Source: Planctomycetota bacterium
GTDB taxonomy: Bacteria; Planctomycetota; UBA1135; UBA2386
Reading direction: 5' to 3'
NCBI GenBank assembly: GCA_965223545.1
Contig: OZ245006.1
Coordinates: forward strand, 1,536,001 to 1,600,000
Length of the DNA: 64,000 bases
The position numbers and the translations under genes were made by a program. The notes below the pieces were generated by a model. That model saw only the letters and a list, made by a program, of their open reading frames with translations. It did no database searches and was not told where the DNA came from. Shown here piece by piece: positions 60,304-64,000 of the stretch (its first letter is position 1; each line of letters opens with the position of its first letter).

Positions 60304-61911
60304 TCACTGCGTCGACAACACCATTGCGCCGACCGATGTCGTGCGCGTTTGTCGGGTCGCTTGCGATTGTTGATGCATCAGGCCGACCTCCAGACCGTCG
60401 ACGCCCGTCAGGGTCCACGCCCGCCCGGTCGCCGGATCCAGAGTGAGCACGCGAGCGCGCAGGTGAAAAGCGCTGCCGCCGTCACCCGGGGCGCTGTCGG
60501 TGTCGACGCCGCCCGACCGCCAGCGCAACGCACTCGCGGTGTATGATCCCACCATGCGGCGCACCGCCGCCACCGGGCGCACGGCGAGGACTGCCCCACC
60601 GATCCCCAGCGCCGCTGTGTCCTGCAGTGCGTGCGTGACCGCGGTCCCCTGGCCCAGCGAGTCGTTGACCGAGGCATCGCCATCATGCGGCCAGTCGGCG
60701 ACCGCGTTGAACGAGCCGTTCCAACCGACATGGCTGCCGACGGCGTTGGGTCGCAACAAGCGCACGCGACCGTCGGTCGGGAGGGCGTTGTCGGCAATCT
60801 GCACGTCGTCGTAGAAGTAGTCCGCGAATCCGCCGTTGCGCGCCGAACGCCCCAAGTGGACCCGCGCCGCGATCTGGTCGGAGCAGCTCGCATCGGCCAC
60901 CGCGACCTCGACGTTGCCGTCCACCAGCAGCTCGAGTCGCGTGGCGGGCCCTGAGCCGACCCGCATTCCGATGCGGTACCACTGATCGGGCACCAGGACC
61001 GTGCTGCCGATGTAGCGCGTCGCCGAGGCATCCTCGACGCTCAACACGCCGCTCGGCTCGATCTCGAGCCGCGCCTTGGTCGCCGACGTGCCCGTGACCT
61101 CCGCGATCCGAACCCGCCCACTGGACGCGGCGTAGCGAAAGTGGAAGAGCAAGAACGTGTCGACGAGACCGAGGTCGCCGTCCGGCATCGCGGCGACGTC
61201 GTCCCGCTTGATCGTCGCGTAGCCGTACTCTCCGGTGTTGGTCGTCGAGCGCATCGCGAAGCCGCCACTGCGCGCGACAGCGCTCTGCACCGAAACCGTC
61301 GAGCTGACGAACGAGAACTCGCTGGCGTCACCGGTCTCCATGCCGGCGAACTGAACGATGTTCGCCGTCGGCTGTGGCGGTGCCACGGCAAAGGTGCAGA
61401 TCGCAAAAAACCCGGGCGACAGCGGAGTCGCCGCCGGACTGCACCCGACCAACGGCCCCGTGCTGGTGTCATAGATCAGCGACCCCGCCGGCACGGAGCT
61501 GGCCCCGGGAGGCGGCACGGCGGGCCAGGCCAACGGCACGCCGACGTTGCCGTGCACGGTCAAGCCGGTCGGCCCGACCGTACCCCGCCACGGCGTTCCC
61601 GCCTGGACCGTCGCGCCGAGCTCGACGTCGCGATTCCACGCGCAAGAGTTGGGCTCGAAGAACAGCAAGACCTCGACGTTCAATTGCACCGGCAGCAGGC
61701 TCAGCGCCGGCGGATAGAAGTTGGCGAGGTGGTGGGCAGGCTGACCGTTGACGCGGGGCACCGGGTTGTAGATCAGGAGCGCCGGCGAACCGTTCCAGTC
61801 GGGCAACACGTCGAAGCGGTTGCCGTTGAGATCGAGATTGAACGGAAAGATCGGCCCCGCCTGGGCAGGCAGAGCAGCGGCCACGACGCAGAGAGCGATG
61901 GCGCGACTCAT
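60304..61911 (-). CDS. Secreted hypothetical protein with concanavalin/LamG-like beta-sandwich segment
   Basis: Signal AAALPAQ; DQWYRIGM...ELLVDG...YYDDV. Confidence 0.6.
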   Translation of the reverse strand: MSRAIALCVVAAALPAQAGPIFPFNLDLNGNRFDVLPDWNGSPALLIYNPVPRVNGQPAHHLANFYPPALSLLPVQLNVEVLLFFEPNSCAWNRDVELGATVQAGTPWRGTVGPTGLTVHGNVGVPLAWPAVPPPGASSVPAGSLIYDTSTGPLVGCSPAATPLSPGFFAICTFAVAPPQPTANIVQFAGMETGDASEFSFVSSTVSVQSAVARSGGFAMRSTTNTGEYGYATIKRDDVAAMPDGDLGLVDTFLLFHFRYAASSGRVRIAEVTGTSATKARLEIEPSGVLSVEDASATRYIGSTVLVPDQWYRIGMRVGSGPATRLELLVDGNVEVAVADASCSDQIAARVHLGRSARNGGFADYFYDDVQIADNALPTDGRVRLLRPNAVGSHVGWNGSFNAVADWPHDGDASVNDSLGQGTAVTHALQDTAALGIGGAVLAVRPVAAVRRMVGSYTASALRWRSGGVDTDSAPGDGGSAFHLRARVLTLDPATGRAWTLTGVDGLEVGLMHQQSQATRQTRTTSVGAMVLSTQ

Positions 61912-62278
61912 TCCGGAGAGCGACGCGAACATTGACATTCTTCCAGCGGACACGAAATCGGCAACTCGGAGGGACAGACGTCGGAGGTTGGGAGCCGATC
62001 GGGTCGGGGAAGAATAGCGTCGCCGGCGGTCGCGGGGGCCGGGGTCGTCCAACGATTTCCGGTGCACCGGCTGGCCGCTCCGTCCGCCGGCCAACCGGAT
62101 CGCACCCGGAGCATGTCGTAACCCCCGCTAACAACCCTCCGAACGCCCGCTCATGTTCCCCGTCTCGGCATCGGGACTCCACCGAGGCCACACCGTCTCG
62201 ATTCGAGTAGCCTGCCTCGCGCTCACCCGAATCGGGCTCCCGCCGCCACACCTCGCCCCGCCCGTCACCCCGCATCGG

Positions 62279-64000
62279 ATGATCCCGCGCCCCACCCTGT
62301 TCTCCTCCACCAGCGCCCGAGCCCTCCTGACGACGGCCCTACTCGCCGGCGTGTGCCCGACCCAACCGACCGCGCGGAGCGCGGCGGGATCGACATTCTA
62401 CGTCGCGCCGAATGGCGATGACGCCGGCCCGGGCTCGCTGCAGAGGCCTTGGGCCACCGTCGCACGCGCGGTCACCGCGTTGCGCGCAGGCGACACGTTG
62501 CTGCTTCGCGGCGGCACCTACCACGAGCGCTACATCGACATCGCGGTCGCCGGTACCGCCGATCGATGGATCACGATCGGCGCCTATCCCGGCGAGCGCG
62601 CGCGCATCGACGGCGGCATCGCCGAGTTCCGCGCTCCCGGCAACTCGGACTGGGAGCTCGTCGATGCTGCCAAGCAGATCTACCGCTCGAAGCGGAGCTT
62701 TCCCAACGCCAAGCCCATTTATGGCTACTTCGGCCCGGTCGATCGCCAGCACCGCTTGGTGACCTACGAGAGCTACGCCCCTTTCAGCACGGACAACGAG
62801 ACCTACCTCGACGTGCCACCGTACTACTACGTGGGGCCGGGGCTGTTTTGGAACCCGCTGGACGCGCGGATCTATCTGCGCACGGCGAGGACGGGCTTGC
62901 AGGGGCGATTGGCACTGCCGTTTCCGCTGGCGTCCGACCCCGCGAGCATGCGCATCGTGCTGTTCGAAAGCGCGCCGATCTTGGACTTCCAAGCGGGTGC
63001 GGCGCACGTGCAAGTGCAAGACCTCGACTTGCTACATGCGGGCTCACCGGCGCGCATCGGCACCGGCGCGCACGACATCGCCGTCCGCCGCTGTACCCTG
63101 CGCGGTGGTCGCTATCACGTCACCATCCGCGACGGCGCGCGCGCCGTGGTGCTCGAAGACCTCGCGATCGAAGACGCGGTGCCGGCTTGGATCACCTGGA
63201 CCGACGTCAAGCTCCCGCCGGTGGGCCGCCCGGCCCACTTGCTACAGGGTGCGGCGGTATGGATCGGCGACCGCGTCGACGACGTCGAGATCGCCCGCTG
63301 TCAGGTGCGCGCCGTGTTCGACGGGATCACCGCCACGCAGAGGGTGACCAACCTGCGCGTACATCACTGCCGCTTCGACGAGATTCGCGATGACGTTCTG
63401 CAGATCGGAACCGCCGGAGAGGGTCTCGAGTTCGCCTACAACGTGGCTACCCGGTGCTATTCCGGTGTGTCGCGGCACGGCAATGGCGCACCGAGCGCGA
63501 CCGCGCGCGAGACCAAGTTCATTCACCACAACGTCATCGAAACCGCCACCGCGCAGATGGTGAGCCGGGACGACCCGCGCCGACTGCTCCCGGCCAAGCT
63601 GCGGGGCCCCGCCGGCAATGGCCTCGGCTCCGGCCGCCCGTTCGGCCGCCACCGGCTGTCGTCGATCACCGGCCCCGACCCTTGGAAGATCTACCACAAC
63701 ACGCTCATCGGCACGCAGGACATCGACGCCGGCGGCCTCGGCGTGACCTACGACCTCGTGCCGTTCGACCCGGCCGCCCCGCAGGAGGTGTTCAACAACA
63801 TCTTCGTGCAAGTCGCGGACTACCACCTGGTGCGCGACGCGCGCACCGCGGACGGCTCGATGGTCATGGACGGCAATCTCTACTACCGAGTGCCGGCGAC
63901 CCCTGCCCAACCGCTGCTACGACGCTACGCCAACGGCACCGCGACCCGCCACTTCCGCACGCTCGAGGAGTTTCTGGGATCCGCGCACTGGCGCGCATCG
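62279..64000 (+). CDS. Secreted right-handed beta-helix (pectate lyase-like / DUF1565) protein, 3'-truncated
   Basis: Not in the ORF track (runs off the window): TFYVAPNGDD..PGS..RPWAT...LRAGDTLLLRGGTY; later I.HN/YHNT/FNNI strands. Confidence 0.85.
   Translation, partial: MIPRPTLFSSTSARALLTTALLAGVCPTQPTARSAAGSTFYVAPNGDDAGPGSLQRPWATVARAVTALRAGDTLLLRGGTYHERYIDIAVAGTADRWITIGAYPGERARIDGGIAEFRAPGNSDWELVDAAKQIYRSKRSFPNAKPIYGYFGPVDRQHRLVTYESYAPFSTDNETYLDVPPYYYVGPGLFWNPLDARIYLRTARTGLQGRLALPFPLASDPASMRIVLFESAPILDFQAGAAHVQVQDLDLLHAGSPARIGTGAHDIAVRRCTLRGGRYHVTIRDGARAVVLEDLAIEDAVPAWITWTDVKLPPVGRPAHLLQGAAVWIGDRVDDVEIARCQVRAVFDGITATQRVTNLRVHHCRFDEIRDDVLQIGTAGEGLEFAYNVATRCYSGVSRHGNGAPSATARETKFIHHNVIETATAQMVSRDDPRRLLPAKLRGPAGNGLGSGRPFGRHRLSSITGPDPWKIYHNTLIGTQDIDAGGLGVTYDLVPFDPAAPQEVFNNIFVQVADYHLVRDARTADGSMVMDGNLYYRVPATPAQPLLRRYANGTATRHFRTLEEFLGSAHWRAS

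Noticed and set aside
61912..62278. Long divergent intergenic region as a riboswitch/ncRNA
   Set aside because: Only short repeats (TCGGAGG); no riboswitch consensus recognised by eye

Overview
High-GC chromosomal window, most consistent with a Planctomycetota genome. This is inferred from the ECF/STK pairs, prenyltransferase-repeat proteins and many secreted repeat proteins. Contents in order: (1) a flippase fragment, sulfotransferase, sigma-54 response regulator, Fur-family regulator and purD, with an oxidoreductase/radical SAM/AKR/methyltransferase run upstream; (2) a DPP-IV peptidase, hybrid histidine kinase and tRNA-Pro(TGG); (3) an accessory stretch after the tRNA with a MerR module (clear 20-bp-spacer promoter/operator), a VOC protein and a Phd-VapC toxin-antitoxin pair; (4) secreted ELWxxDGT, FG-GAP, HAF-like and Cys-rich proteins next to two ECF sigma systems; (5) murQ, two PhyH dioxygenases and a stand-alone ClpN; (6) an M28-transglutaminase fusion; (7) a complete trpEGDCFBA-aroF operon with an unannotated WRWWW leader peptide and attenuator-like hairpins. 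Most notable: five unrelated secreted proteins share a ~120-140 aa C-terminal module (candidate sorting/anchoring domain), most signal peptides end in A|Q, and the trp operon has an enteric-type TrpE with a substituted feedback residue. All calls come from reading motifs by eye; no database searches were run.
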